64,000 bases of DNA from Chara braunii (lineage: Eukaryota; Plantae; Charophyceae), in the NCBI GenBank assembly GCA_003427395.1, contig BFEA01000033.1:2521549-2585548 (forward strand), read 5' to 3'. Both the position numbers and the translations under genes were made by a program. The notes beneath the pieces are model-generated. The model was given only the letters and a program-made list of their open reading frames with translations, ran no database searches and had not been told where the DNA came from. Shown here one piece after another: positions 24,540 to 38,977 of this stretch (positions are counted from its first letter, which is position 1; each line of letters opens with the position of its first letter).

Positions 24540-25260
24540 GTAGGGTGCCCCTTCTACTCATGTAGCATGGCCACAATTCTGTAATTCTAGGCATTCTCTT
24601 CAAGTAGAATGTAGCAGGAACACGCTCTGTGTGTGCGTTTCACCCATTGTATCTCTACATGCACTCGAGACCTGCCACCAGGAATTTGTTACATTGCCAC
24701 TGTTCCTGAACTATGGGCCTCGCTCCGCTACTCACCAGATGATCTGCAAAATGAGAATGAATCTTCCGCTGGAACGTGGAAATGTACACCACCATGTTTT
24801 TTGTCTTTTGTGCATGTGGTGAGTAGTGGAGCGAGGCCCTATTTTGCTGAACCGGGGATTCCCAACCCTTGGGTCGCTGAGACTCGGGTGTTGGTGGGCA
24901 GAGGTCGATGTTTGTTTTTGAGGGGTTCTTGCCGTTGAGCTTGCCATCCCAATCGTGGTGGGCTGTGGATGTTTCTCCTCCTTTTTTCTGGCTCTTTTTT
25001 TTGTGGCACCTCTAGGCCTAGTCTGGGATATTGCTATGATGCTACACTGCTCCTGTAGATTGTCATGACCCAGTGAAGCTTTTGGGTTGTTGATTGCATA
25101 TACTGTGAAGCTGAAGGGCGAATGTTGGCCTCTGTGGAGATGTGATTAGACTTCAGAGATACGAGTGGAAACACAGACACTGGGCTTCTACATAACTAAC
25201 CAGTGATACCTGGTGGTGGTGGCGTGTTGGCTTTGCTGTGTGTAAAACTATTGTGAGCAG

Positions 25261-25377
25261 GCTGTGCAGTATGTCCAAGAGAACCCAGATGAGGTTTGCC
25301 CTGCTGGGTGGAAGCCTGGGGAGAAATCCATGAAGCCCGACCCTAAGGGAAGCAAGGAGTACTTCGCAGCAATTTAA
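25261..25377 (+). CDS. BAS1: Plastid 2-Cys peroxiredoxin exon 6 (resolving Cys and stop)
   Basis: CAG|[38 protein letters not shown] then TAA. Not in the ORF track; read directly. The spliced product is 284 aa. Confidence 0.97.
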   Translation, partial: AVQYVQENPDEVCPAGWKPGEKSMKPDPKGSKEYFAAI

Positions 25378-26049
25378 TTTTCCTTGGCAGCAATTTCCGG
25401 TCTAGTTTTTAGTTAGGAAAATTGTGTTTCTGTAGCGTTAATGCACAATTCAGGCTTATGAATTGTGCAGTACCATGCCACCGGCTTAGAGCGGATGCTG
25501 GCCATCCATGTCTGCAAAGGCACGGTAGTTTGACATGCCCGATTCACTGTGAGGGATACTTGCCATTGGAGGAATTTTGGTATTGTGATACAGTAGGTAT
25601 CTGAGATTGTACACCACTTTCTTTTGTTCTTTTTCTGTTGTGTTCGTGCACAAGAAATATACGTGGGATTGAACCGATGAATGACTGCTTTCTCATGTCC
25701 TCTGACGTCGATGGGTATGACAGTGGCTGCATGCTGTCATCTCAATACAACAGATGTTGGCAGTAACCCTAATGGCCCATTTTTGTATTTGTGATTGCGG
25801 GATGAATGTGGCTGTCAGTGCTTGTGTGTGTGTGTGTGTGTGTGAATGTTATGCTCACAGTATAGCATGTGTGCTTGTGTGTGTCGGTGCCTTGTTATGC
25901 TCACCACATTGCAACACAAGAAAAAGCATGATTGTGCAAGACTGGTCTTTCACTTTCACTGGCTCACCAGGAAGCATCTGTGCATCTCTGTCTGCGAGAA
26001 AGAGGGAGAGGAAGAGGATCCTGGAATGGTAGCAGTCTGTGAAACGACT

Positions 26050-27430
26050 GTCACCAGCGTGAGGCACAGAGTTGTATCTAGCCCATTCAGGTTAAGGTAA
26101 AACTCGACTCTGGCAAAGCCCGCCCATGCCTGGCTCATAATCAAACAACATAGACAAATGGCTAAACTGCGGATGGAATTTTTGCAGGCGATGGGTAACG
26201 CCAAGGAATGGTTCCATAACTTACGGTACAGCAAGAACTGTCTCATGCAAGAGCAGAGGTGCGTTTCTCCTCCCGTTGTGTTACTGTCTCCCTTCGTCTT
26301 TGGGAGCCTGCCGATGATAAAAGGTTGGTATACCCTAAGTAGGTATGTAGGCACATAAAACCTAGCAAAGGTAGGGGCTTGCCTAATGCCAAAGTGCAAA
26401 CATACCATCTATAAACCGTTCCGGGTACGACATTGTGCTGTCAGGGACTACAGTAGGCAGGCCTATCTAATATTGTGCCCCTCACGCAAACCAGGCAGTC
26501 ACGGGGTTAGTTGTACTGGTAAGGTTCGGACGACCCATGGGCGCCATCCAACCAAACAGGCAGTAGAGTTGTGGATGTCTACAGTAAGAGAATTCTGCCG
26601 TATGGCAATCTCGGCTTGGCGGCAGTAGTGGTTCCCAACCGATCATCTGCAGATCTTCTTATCGTTCGTCTTTGCACAGGCAGTTAAAACCGGAGTTAGC
26701 TGCAAAACCCAGCCAGTTAGCTGTAAAACCCAAATATAGTTGGAGACACCATCTGGGATATTGCTTCTCAGCTGTGGAAAAAAGGAGAGACAGAGACTTG
26801 CCAGCGCGTTTCCAGCAGTCGAAGGTCCATTTGCTATCTGGAATGCAGTCCAATTCGTCTTCCTCAGCTACCAGTAGTCAAGAAAAAGGACTGACGGATG
26901 CAGGGAGTCCGTAGATATCCTTCATCGTTTGGAAAGTCTTGTGGATTCACATACCTGTCTGCAAGTTGAACCTAGGAAGTGAGTACATTCCGTCTGTTGC
27001 CCCTGTTTTTAACCCCCAAGTGGTTTGTGAAATTGCTACTCGTCGCTGCTTTTCTGAAAGGTAAGAGTCTATCATAATTGGCTGTCTAGTAGCAGGTGCC
27101 ACCTTAGCTCTAAGCAAGGTGAGCAGAGCAAAAATTTGCTGGGTTCTGTTTGTTGTCTCCTCCTTGTAGTGAAAACATTGATCATCTGAAGAGACTATTT
27201 GCTGCTCTTCCTGGCAAAGGGATTTCATTGGTCTACACAGCCCATGTGGCTCAATGATACATCCATGGGTCTGTTGATAAGAGACTCGTATTACGAAAAG
27301 AAGTCTTAAACCACCACCACCTCCGAGCCTGCTTTTGCCGTCCCTGAGCGGCCCCCATAAGAGTGCAGTAGGCACTCCAAACAAGGAACCACCGACTGTT
27401 TGGCACTACTTAAGGGTGCTCTGTTGGGTA
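26050..27430 (-). mobile_element. Highly degenerate LINE-like ORF2 3' relic
   Basis: Fragmentary peptides such as FARFYV...LRV...GR...ETHL..C...YRKL resemble an RTEX-type C-terminus; many stops and frameshifts. Confidence 0.3.
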
Positions 27431-27469
27431 AGTAAAAATACTTGGAAAGAAATTAGAAGAAGAACAGAC

Positions 27470-27542
<73 letters not shown>

Positions 27543-27941
27543 NNNNNNNNNNNNNNNNNNNNNNNNNNNNNNNNNNNNNNNNNNNNNNNNNNNNNNNNNN
27601 NNNNNNNNNNNNNNNNNNNNNNNNNNNNNNNNNNNNNNNNNNNNNNNNNNNNNNNNNNNNNNNNNNNNNNNNNNNNNNNNNNNNNNNNNNNNNNNNNNNN
27701 NNNNNNNNNNNNNNNNNNNNNNNNNNNNNNNNNNNNNNNNNNNNNNNNNNNNNNNNNNNNNNNNNNNNNNNNNNNNNNNNNNNNNNNNNNNNNNNNNNNN
27801 NNNNNNNNNNNNNNNNNNNNNNNNNNNNNNNNNNNNNNNNNNNNNNNNNNNNNNNNNNNNNNNNNNNNNNNNNNNNNNNNNNNNNNNNNNNNNNNNNNNN
27901 NNNNNNNNNNNNNNNNNNNNNNNNNNNNNNNNNNNNNNNNN

Positions 27942-28003
<62 letters not shown>

Positions 28004-30144
28004 ACTTTCATCAACAGGATGAGCAAAATCGGAATGAATCTTCCAGTAGAATATGGAAATATATACTGGTTTCCAGTTATGCGCGCAGAGAGATAGAGAG
28101 AGGCTACTTTCATGGATAGGATTAGCACAATTGGAACGAATCTTCCACTAGAACATGGAAATATACACTGCCACTTTGTTTTTTTGTAAGAGAGAGGGAG
28201 AGACGCAGAGAGAGGGAGACAGAACTGGTAAGTCTTCAACCTCGCGGCTGGCCTCACGCTACGTCCATCAATAGGATGAGCAAAATCGAATGAATCTTCC
28301 GGTAGAACATCAAAATGTACACTGCCGAAATCATTCATAAAACCGCGCCAACAGCAATCTTCCGCCCAAGTGTTCCACACTATTGTTGCACAATCACGCT
28401 GCCCAAACTCCATTTATACAGGCATGAACTGACCTCGGCCCAAACAGTCGCCGCCGAACTCTAAAAAAAAAATTGGGAAAAACAATATTTGAACACTCGC
28501 AACCAAACTTGAAATGATAGTCGGACGCAAAAAAAAGAACCGTGGGAAAATGATGTTCGAACGCTTGCTGCCAAACTGGAAACAAAAGTTGGGTGCCGCA
28601 AAAAAGGCTTGCCCTGAACCGACCTGGAGCAAACTGGGAGCGGGCGGGGTCTTGCGTGGGAAGCGTCACATGAGACTCGCGCCTTCCTTCAAGAGTATAT
28701 AATAGAATATAGAGAGATGTAATTCGTTGCGAGCTAACAATTCAGGAGTGGGAAAAAGTGACATTATAAGACGATGATAATAGTGATATTGTGAGCTCTT
28801 TCTACTTCAGCTTAATGCTCGCATATTGTCGATTGTAAAATCTACTTACTTGGACTTTGTGAACTATGCTAGGCTCCCTGAGCCGCCCGGCCGGGCGGGC
28901 ACGGCTGTGCACCCGTGCACCCATGCACGGGCGGGCGGTTGCACGTGTCACGCGTGCGAGCTATTTTTTATTTAAAAAAAAAAAAAGGTGATGGGGGGCT
29001 GTTGCGCATGCAGAGATATGCCTGAACCAGCCTTTTCCATACTGGCGGGGAGGTGAGGGATGGCGAGAGGGAAGGTAGGAGGTTGCATGCGGGGGGGTGG
29101 GAGATGGCCGGATTGAGGTAGGAGGTGGCGGGAGTTAAGTGGGAGATGGCGAAAGAGAGTGAGGTGGGAAATGGCGGGAGGGAGGTGGAAGAAGGAGAGA
29201 GGGAAGTGGGAGATGGTGAGAGGGGAGGTAGGAGGTGGGAAGGAGGCGGAGGATTGGCGGGAGGGAGGTGGAGGATGGCGGGAGGGACGTGGGAGGGTTA
29301 GTGGGAGGTAGCAGGAGGGTAGTGGGAGGTGGCGGGAGATGGCAGAAGAGCAGGAACTAAGTCGCGGGAGGGAGGTGGACGATGGCGGAAGAGAAGGAAC
29401 AAAGTGGCGGGAGAGAAGTGGAAGACGACGAGCACACGGAGAAGTTGAACGAAGAAGAAGATGTGGAGGGGGAGGAGAGGAGGAGGAGGAGGAGGAGCGG
29501 GTGGAGAAGTTCAATGAAGAAGAAGAAGAAGAAGAAGAAGAAGAAGAAGAAGAAGAAGAACACTTACCTTCGCTGTTCGGAATGGCAATGGCGACACCTG
29601 ACCGATGACGGCGACGACGACGAAATGGCGGGCGGAATGGCAACACGGGGGACCCCCGTCCTCAGGCTCACGCAGTTTGAACTCGATTTCGAAAACGTGC
29701 GGGTCCTGGGGACGTCCTCCACGAATCTCTGCCGTAGATCTTCAAAGATCTTTGGCTGAGCTCTCGAGTCCAAGATCAAATTTTTTAAGGACCCCCCGTG
29801 CGCATGGAAATGACGCCTAGAAACTATGGCATTATCTTGGTTTAAGGATAATCCGCATATGCAATATATATTCTAGAGGAGGATGTCATAATTGATAATA
29901 AAATATAAAATTTATGTGTATACACAGTTGAAGTGAGTTTGTTTTTATTATGATAAAAGAAAATTATATATAACTTGTCTTTCAAATTTAGTGTCAATAT
30001 GTCGAAGGATATAAGATTCGTTCACTATTATTTTCATAATTAAGGATAATGTTTTAGTCAATTGTAACCTGGTTTGTGCGCATCGCCAAACAAAATAAGG
30101 TAGTGTTTGTTGGTCAAAGCGGCAAGGGGGAATTATAGTCCTTC

Positions 30145-30272
30145 CTCTTTGAATTTGCAAAAGTCCTTAAACCAGGTTCTTTGAATTTGCAAAAGTCCTT
30201 AAACCAGGCTCTTTGAATTTGCAAAAGTCCTTAAACCAGGCTCTTTGAACTTGCAAAAGTCCTTAAACCTGG
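30145..30272. repeat. 32-bp minisatellite, 4 copies
   Basis: Four near-identical copies of CTCTTTGAATTTGCAAAAGTCCTTAAACCAGG. Confidence 0.95.
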
Positions 30273-30790
30273 ATCAACATGAGTGCTTACAGTTTTCATG
30301 AGAGAGTCCACACACAGGATCTCCCAGGGCTGAAGTGGAATTTCGAAGTTCGTGTATACCGTGGTTCTGGACAACCACCCAAAATTTATCCTGACTCTAT
30401 CCTTAGTCTCCGCACCCAAGTTTGAGAATGGTGCCACTACAACGTATTGATTGTGGAGGGATTTTTTCGGGTTTCCCCTTATTCTTGATTCACAATAAAA
30501 GCGTTTTTTTTAATAAAGAAAAAATATTGAATGCCGTGAAATGTTGAGGTATTTTGTTAGATACCCCAAAAGTGCAGTGGTACGGCAAAAATACCCTCCT
30601 CACAGATCTAAAACTTCTTGAAATGCCCCACTCAATATTTGGACTCGACATCTTTCCCATATGCCCCTACCAAGACCTGTGAAACTTGTGCAGATCCCGA
30701 AAATATACTTGTCATATGCCCCAATTAATATGTATATCTCCTCGAGAGAGAGCTGTGAGCTCATTGCACCATCCTTTGTTCAGACCCACA

Positions 30791-30846
<56 letters not shown>

Positions 30847-32605
30847 GAAGGGCAGGCAGAGAAGATGCTACCCTGGTAGGGGCCAGTTGTGAAAGTATGG
30901 CGCAGACCCTGCAGTCCACAGCCAAGGAGCAAGTCCCAATTACCTGAATCTTGCATTTCTGCCTAGTAGGCACTGCAGAGATCGACGGTTAAAAATGAGG
31001 AATATGGGACTTGGCTCCAGGTCCATATGGAAAAGTTAACCTCATGGACAAGACATGCGTATACGTAATATAGGGGGATTCTGCAATACCTGTACACTTT
31101 TAGGATGTCTAACGAAATAGCCCCAACTTTTAGGGGCATTTGAACAATTTCCCCTTTTGGAAAAAAGAAATTTGAACTCTAACGGTCACGTGCACATAAG
31201 TTGCTCAGAACACCAAATCTGCGTGGGGCTATGAGCACAGATATGACGTGCGATAATTATGGTGGTGATTTGGATTTATGGAAACAATTTCATCTTTGAT
31301 AACGGAGGAAGTCGAATACTGAGACCAAGCTGCTGATCCGCTTCCACCTGAGACAGAGGATCAGAGCAGACTGGTTGATCAAGGGCGTCCGGGGAGGTAG
31401 GAAAGGATTCAGATCAGATGGTTTGAGAAAATATGAGGTAGAGATCAACAATTGGTAGTGGTGGAAATCGGGACTAAGTTGAAAAACTTGTCCATGGTTG
31501 GTGGCTATGGTGTGATTACCGCGTGCACTCTGTTCTTCAGTCGCAGTAGACGAACAGGGGGTGGGGAACTGGTTACTAGCAAAGGTTGGTTTAAGACTGT
31601 CCTCTTCTTTGTGGCCTGTACGACTCCCTTTGGCCGGTGAGACCAGAGGGTTTGGTAGCTAGTAGGATGCTCATTCAGAACAGTGGTACGAGGAGTAAAG
31701 GCCTTATTACAAACGGTGTTTGTCTAAGGCTAACAAAGCTTTAGGCTTTGGGCCCATACTGAATTGGGCAACAGTCCCGGGCGAGGCAGGTTCACGTCCG
31801 GGTTGTTTGTGAGGATTCCTGGTCTTTTCCATATGGTTTGGTTTTTGAATATAATAAAGGACTTTTTGTGGGAAAATTTTTGATATGCCTCTGAAAGTTA
31901 TTTATTTGGGGCGGGGCATCCCCCTCCGACGACCTACTTACATTGTTGTGTGACTCTAACAACGATTGAAGTTTCTGGAAAACCTCTGGTGTCGTTGCGG
32001 CCTGAAATATGTTCAATATGACCCTACCAGTACCGGTTTCAAACATCCAGTATGTCCCTACCGGATAGCTGTTGAGTACCAACAGAATATTTGTCCATAT
32101 GCCACGGCCGATACCTTGCATCTTTTCAACATGCCCCTATGGCCGTTGGTGGCGCTTGCGCTCTTTCCCCTGACCCTGGGAGGGGAGCTACCGGGGCATA
32201 CCTGAAATTTGTCGTCAGTCCCATCTTTCTGCCACACCCTCTATTGTTTTTGATAGATTTGGGCCTCTGTGGCTGGGCATTTGAAGCCTGTGCGGCCTTT
32301 CTGTCATGCACAACGTTGGTTCTCACCAGCATAACGCACCTCCTTACGAATGTATACAAAGTAGCTTTCCTATCAGGTGCACTCAGATTAAGATGCATTA
32401 TGTTCAGAGAAGTCGGTAGCGCCCACTGCCTCAGCCTGCATCTCTCTCTCTCCCGCACGTTGTGCATGTCATTTTACAGTAGTCGCTGCGACTGCATGTA
32501 CCGCAAATAATGTTCCCGATTCATTTGAAATTCACAGCCTGACTGTGAATTTCAAATGTATCGGGACCATTGTCTGCGCCACATGCATTCACAGCAACAC
32601 TATAA

Positions 32606-32655
<50 letters not shown>

Positions 32656-32660
32656 AGGGG

Positions 32661-32717
<57 letters not shown>

Positions 32718-33568
32718 TCTTTGGACAGGGGCCTGCAGGACAGTTCAGAGGCCCTAGGGGCACAGCATTGTAAATCAGCCATCAGAGGGACACGCCTCCA
32801 ATAAATAGAACTTTCAGGGGCATATTGAAAATTTTCCCTCTCTTTTTTCCCCAAAAGGAAAAAAAGTGACTCTAAGAGACTTCTAGACAAGACTTGCGCT
32901 GTGAAGACAACTCACTTTCCCCTTCCCTCTCAGCTGCCATGGGCCCAATACAGATTGAGTTGGGCTTCTTGGGTGCTAATGTGTAGTTTTGTCTGCTGTT
33001 ACTACAAATGATGAGAGGTAGGTTACTGTATGTGGAGTATATGAACCTGCCCACTTGGTTGCTCTGTGTCTCAGTAGACAGGCAGTCGGTCTTGCTTGGG
33101 GAGGGAGTGGATGCTGGACTCTGGTAGGGGTTCCCTGAGTGAACCCAACCGCCGCTATAGGCGGGTAGTAGCAGCTTAATAAGAGATTACAACCTGGCGA
33201 AACCTATCCTTACCTTCCTGGCTTGGGTGCTGCGTGAACTTGGTAGTCTAATCATAGTTTAGTGGAATATTTGGTTGCTTTCTTCTCTTTTTGACTTGAT
33301 CTGTTTTTTAGGCATAGTGTCCCTTCTTATTGTCCTATGTTGGTTTTGTCGAGGGGTTGGGGGTTTATGGTGGATCACTTTTTTAGTTGGTTCTGTAAAT
33401 TGTAGTCTAGTGGTTCTTTCGGAGGACTTCCTTTCCTTTTTTTGGTTTGTTCGACTTTCAAACATTGTTGCGCCGTTTTTTTTACCAGGGTTGCAGAATG
33501 TCAGAGCAGCGGTCTGTTGTCGGCCATCTCTGCTTCTGGACACATCCCTGGATGCCACTTAAACTTAA

Positions 33569-33622
33569 ACCACCAGTACTTGGCCCAGCTATCAAGTTCG
33601 AGCCTCGGCCGACTGGTATGCC
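33569..33622 (+). mobile_element. Left TIR of the Kolobok-like transposon
   Basis: TTAA|ACCACCAGTACTTGGCCCAGCTATC is nearly identical to the TIR of 13804-14598 and lies about 1.3 kb upstream of the transposase relic. Confidence 0.7.
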
Positions 33623-34889
33623 AAGCCTTGCCGAGGATAGAACTACCGGGTGCTAGCTTCCCAAACGTGCTTGGAGAAGAACACGGAACAAAGAACANNN
33701 NNNNNNNNNNNNNNNNNNNNNNNNNNNNNNNNNNNNNNNNNNNNNNNNNNNNNNNNNNNNNNNNNNNNNNNNNNNNNNNNNNNNNNNNNNNNNNNNNNNN
33801 NNNNNNNNNNNNNNNNNNNNNNNNNNNNNNNNNNNNNNNNNNNNNNNNNNNNNNNNNNNNNNNNNNNNNNNNNNNNNNNNNNNNNNNNNNNNNNNNNNNN
33901 NNNNNNNCTCTCTCTCTCTCTCTCTCTCTCTCTTGCGCGTGTGCTCGTTTCCATTATCTATACCATAACGGGAATGAATCTTTCGGTGAAAGCGGGAAGA
34001 TCTATTCCTGTTCTCGTTTTCAGAAACGTGAGAGAGAGAGAGAGAGGCGGCACGGTTCGTGCTGCGGTGGGAATGGATCTTTCGGCGAAAGCGGGAAGAT
34101 TCATTCCCGTTCTCGTTTGCAGAAACTTGAGAGAGAGAGAGAGAGAGGTGGCACGGTTCGTGCTGCAGTGGGGGTGCCCCCTTCATTCGTTCCTCTGACT
34201 CCGGGCATTCGTGCTGCGGTGGGGGTGCCTCCTTCATTCGTTCCTTGTCCACATTTGTTCAACTCTTCGCCCCCTGTCAACGTCTGTGGAGTTTTCGGAA
34301 AGAACTTGCACGGTTCGAATTTCGATTGTCGACCGAGAGAACCGCAGCACTCGGATGACCTCCTACGACACTCGTCAGTTATGCCTACGTCGCTAGGCCA
34401 TGGCCCTGATGGTATATCGACACCTAACCACAGCGAGGCAGGGAAGAGTCTCACGTCCGCGTCGGTTCGTAGCAGGTCTAGCATGCCCCGCACCAGGGAT
34501 GCAAGATGGGTGAACCCGAATTCGATTGCGAGGGGGAAGAAGTTGCGTCTATTGCTGAGAACATAAGGGATAAGCAACACAAACATTGCTCTTATGAGAA
34601 CGTGATCGACCAGCTGGTTGAATGGAGTGATGATCATGTTGCGGAACTTATGTCCACGTACGAGGGAGGCGAGTAATTGTTTGGCCAACGAGGTTCTTGT
34701 TGCCGCGGGTCTGCGTCGACTGATACACCACGCTCGCGAGGTGGGATACCTCAAAGTAATGCACTGAAGTGGTGTGACGACAAGGAGGGGTTTGCGAACA
34801 TTGGCCCGCCGTTTGAGAGGTTGGCGGTGAGGGATCACATGGCCATATGACCACCTGGCCATATGGAATGCAAAAACACGCCATGATGT

Positions 34890-36636
34890 CATTTTTCTTG
34901 AACCAGTGAAACTTGTGCAGATTCTTGGTATTTTTTATAAATCTTGTCCTCAACACGGTAAGGATGTAGAGGTGAGGATAAAAAAAAAAAACCTTATCCT
35001 TGCCATATTTGCACGTTGCAATTTGAATGCACGAAAGGGTGCACGTGACATTGGAATTCGGGAAAGGTTGTTGGTGAAGTGAGAAATTCGAGGGTTGAGA
35101 CTCAACTATTCCACTCCATTGTGGCGGCAGGGATGACGTGCACTCAACTAAACAACCTCTTACGGGGGCTTGGGATGAGGAAGGTGAGAGGGGAAACTTT
35201 CTATAATTTCTTTCGTGATTTCGATAAATGGTTGCGACAACGCATACGCCATTTGGAATGAGTTCCTCAGAGGAGCTTTGATAGAGGAATTGCACGTTTG
35301 CGAAGATCAAATGACTCGGTTGTCATTTTGGTCGATGAACGTTACGATTCGTCCCATGATGCACAACATTGCACGGTGACGGCGCTGGATTTGAAATCCA
35401 GGATGCTCGTGGGTACGGAGACGATGAAGAAAGGAAACGGGTTGACATAGCGGTTGGCGACGCAGTGTGTTGAAAAGTTTTTGCAACAGTTGCAAGATGA
35501 AAATAACTTCAAGTTGATAATCACGGAGATGGTGTACGACGATTGTGGCGTCGTTGACGTGGTTTTGCGACGAACGAACATTGATTCGCAGAAGTGCATA
35601 TGGCACAAAACGAAGACCCTGATCAAACGTTTAGGAGAGGCCGTGTATGCTATGAAGATCGTCAAACCATCAGTGGCGGACGCTTGTGACCATGTGCGCG
35701 AAGTAAAGTGTTTCACGAAAAAAAACTTGAGGTCGGGCTCGATACGAAAGGCGTGCACGTGCAGGGGTGACAAAAAAAAAAAGAACGAGCTCATTGAAAT
35801 AGTGTGGGGTGTGGTATTTTCGGATCAAACAGGGAAACCGTTGCCTTTAGACGACGTCGAGATCGATGCATTAGAGGCGTTGCACTGTAATGCGGTAAAG
35901 GAGGAGAAATAATGGTTTGTACTTAGCTTTCCAGCCCGTGCGCCTGGGCCACCCCAGGTCGCCCAGCCGTGCGACCCCCCGGCCAGGCCTCCGGACCTCC
36001 ACAGCGCCGCTTCCGAAATCGCTTCGAATTTTGTTTTTTTGCGCTGCAGGCTGAAGGCCCAGAGGGAAACATAAAATTTGGCGGCCGCCCCAATATTTTT
36101 TGGGATCCGGTAGATCCCGTTTCTCAGGTTTTGTTTTGGGGGGACCTGGGTCGTCGATATGCGTTGATCGATGTTGTGGAAGCCCCAAGATTTTGAATTC
36201 GAATCTTGGGGACTTACCACGCGGCCCTGCGCTCTCCGCCCTATCGGCCCGCAGCAGCTTGTTGTTTCCCCGCCGTTGTTGCATAGACGTCCGCGCCATC
36301 GTTATCTTCACCCTGTCGAGCCTTTGTCGTCATCACCCTGCTGCCCTCCGACGCGCCACCGTCGTCGCCATCCAGCCGCGCCATCCTCCTTGCCCCTGAC
36401 GAAGACTGCCTGCACTGCCATCACCAACTTAGGTAAGTTTTTTTTTTTTTTTTCTTTTTCTTCTATTTGTTCTTCTTCATCTCTACTACGTATTTGTTAG
36501 TTCTTCTTCATTTTGTCTCATTCTTCTTCCTCTCCTTCTCCTCCATTTCGTGGTGTTCTTTTCCTTCTTCGTTATTTCTTCGTTTTCTTTTCTTTTTTTC
36601 TTTGTTGTTTCTTCTTCTATTTGTTCTTATTCTTCA

Positions 36637-36668
<32 letters not shown>

Positions 36669-38362
36669 CTTCTTCTTCTGCTATCCACTTCTTCCTCCCT
36701 GTTTCTTCCTCTGCCATAGCGCTTCATCAACAAATCGTTATTTTGTTTTCCTTTGGGAATGCTTGATTATGCTTCTGCTTCATCTGCCATAGCCTCCCTC
36801 CTCCCTCCATAGACTCCCTCCCCCCCCCTCCTCCATCAATCTCCCTTCCCCGTCCTCCTCCCTCGTTAGACTCCCTCCCTCCATCAGTCTCCCTTCCCCC
36901 TCCGCCTCCCTCCGTAGGCTCGCTCCATAGGCTCCCCTCCCTCCTTCTTCCCTTCTTCTTCATCTTCTTCTTCCTCCTCTTCTTACTCTCTCCCTCTCTT
37001 CTTCTTCTTCTTCCCTTCTTCTTCGTCATCTTTTTCCTCCTCTTCTTACTCTCTCCCTCTCTTCTTCTTCTTCTTCCCTTCTTCTTCGTTATCTTCTTCC
37101 TCCTCTTCTTACTCTTTACAATCGTTCTTGGACGCCGTAGTCCTATTCTTCTTCTTCTTTTTGCCTTCTTCTTCGTTAGAGTTCTGCCCCTACCTCCTCC
37201 TACCTTCGGTAGAGTCCTACTCTTACCTCCTCGTACCTCCTGCCATAGTCGCCCCTCCTCCCTCCTTCCTCCTGCCATAATCCCCCCTCCTCCCTCCTTC
37301 CTCCCGCCATAGTCCTCCCTCGTTCCTCCCGCCATAGTCCTCCCTCCCTCCCNCCAAAGTCCNCCCTCCTCTCTCCCGCCATAGCCCCCCCCGCCCCCCC
37401 TGCCCCCCAACACAGAAATCAATATGCTTGGAAAAAAAAAGTGAGGCCGGATTTGGGCAATACTCGGCAATCAACCCCCAGCTCGGGCGAGGCGCTCGGG
37501 GCGCCCGGTCAGGCACGCCTGGCCGAGCGCCTCGGGAAAGCTAGGTTGATACGGCGCTTGCAGGTTGTGTGAATGGGAGGAGGACGACAATGGTGATTTA
37601 TTGGCCATACACGTGTAACACTTGGCCAATCATTGGGTTTGGGATCATTACCTTTGCGAGAAGGAGTTGCCAAACCTCTGCATGGCGGCCGATGGTTCGG
37701 ACAGGGATGCATTATACGAGCAGGGCGGTCGGGTTCATATAACCATTTCTCGTTGTCTGCAGCAATTCGCTTCAAATATGAAGATGACATACTACACGCG
37801 CGTGAGGATGACTTACAACAACGAAAGCTTTCATTATGGCATCAACAAGTATTGTAAAAAATGTTTGAATTTCCCCAAGTCGTATGAGGCACGGGTTTGT
37901 TACACCGCTTTGGAATGGAACAAAAACAAAGCATTCAAACCATTGCACTCAGTTTACCGCTATCCGACGAACGTCCGCCACCAACGGCATTTTGCACGAC
38001 GCAACATTCTAGCTGCCCGGGACACATCCTGGCCGTTCGACATTGCTAGTGTTGTTTTCGGGATTCCGCGGGTAGGAGACTGGGCCCATAATATGTTGGA
38101 GCAACGGGACATTTATGATCTGATCGATGCTGATTTTGGATCACCGAATATTAATGACGACGTAGTGGACGGCGACGAAGCCGAAGGAGTTCAGATGTCG
38201 TTTTCTAGAGGAAGTGGCGATGACTCATTTGATGATGAATTGTCCTTGGACTCGGATGATGAGGGAAACGCTTCCCACCTTCAGTTGGATGGTGGCATCG
38301 ATATATACACCGCAGCAACGAACACGACGGCGACGTGCTTTCGCAGAAGTTGTACGTTGTGA
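34890..38362 (+). pseudogene. Kolobok-like DDE transposase, disrupted by stops, frameshifts and a 1.6-kb insertion
   Basis: SCPQHG...ECTKGC..WNS; IVAAGM; VDERYDSSHDAQHCTVT resembles DGRxDSPGHxAxxCT; MVYDD; QKCIWHKTK resembles DxWHxxK; LANHW; TYNNESFHYGINKYCKK...YEAR...ALEWN. Confidence 0.75.
35921..37546. mobile_element. Non-autonomous TIR element inserted in the transposase
   Basis: ACTTAGCTTTCC ... GGAAAGCTAGGT (11/12 inverted), flanked by TGT and TGA. Removal gives TGG TTT GAT ACG (W-F-D-T). Confidence 0.65.
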
Positions 38363-38642
38363 GGGAGTGACCGCACGTGTGGATGACATATGAGATGTGC
38401 GTCGTAGACACTTTGAGATTGCTTTTTGATTATTGTTTGTTGTTTACTATGCGTGTCACAACTTCCGTGTACGCTGCATTTTTTTGCAACATTTTGTACG
38501 GTAGAAATGTGTATGTCATGCTCAATTTTCATCTCCATTGTGTCTGCACGCATTGCTGTTGTGTGTGGTACTTTGTGTGTGTGTGTGTGTGTATGTCTCT
38601 TTGTGTGTGTGTGTGTGTATGATGGTGTATATATATTTTTAC

Positions 38643-38715
<73 letters not shown>

Positions 38716-38866
38716 TTTATTCTTAGTGACGGCACCCATAATTGATTCATAGTGAAGGCAAAGAAAAAGTGTCAAGCCATAAAACATGGACAATGACAAC
38801 AACATCGATCACCCCTTCATGTATTAAACTCCTACCTTTGCATCTGATTCTTTCTTTCTCTCTCTT

Positions 38867-38899
<33 letters not shown>

Positions 38900-38977
38900 G
38901 GCCACCTCCCCCTAGCCAAACATCGGATCATCGTTTTTTGAAGGAGCATCCCTCTCTCTCTTTCGGGCCACCTCCCC

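Noticed and set aside
27305-27325. TTAA-ACCACCA terminus of the Kolobok family
   Set aside because: Similarity stops after 7 bp in a CCA repeat.
29790-29830. Possible fourth U6 fragment (CCCCGTGCGCATGGAAATGAC)
   Set aside because: Match too short and gapped to tell from chance.
30145-30272. CRISPR-like 32-bp repeats
   Set aside because: No spacers, no cas genes, eukaryotic context.
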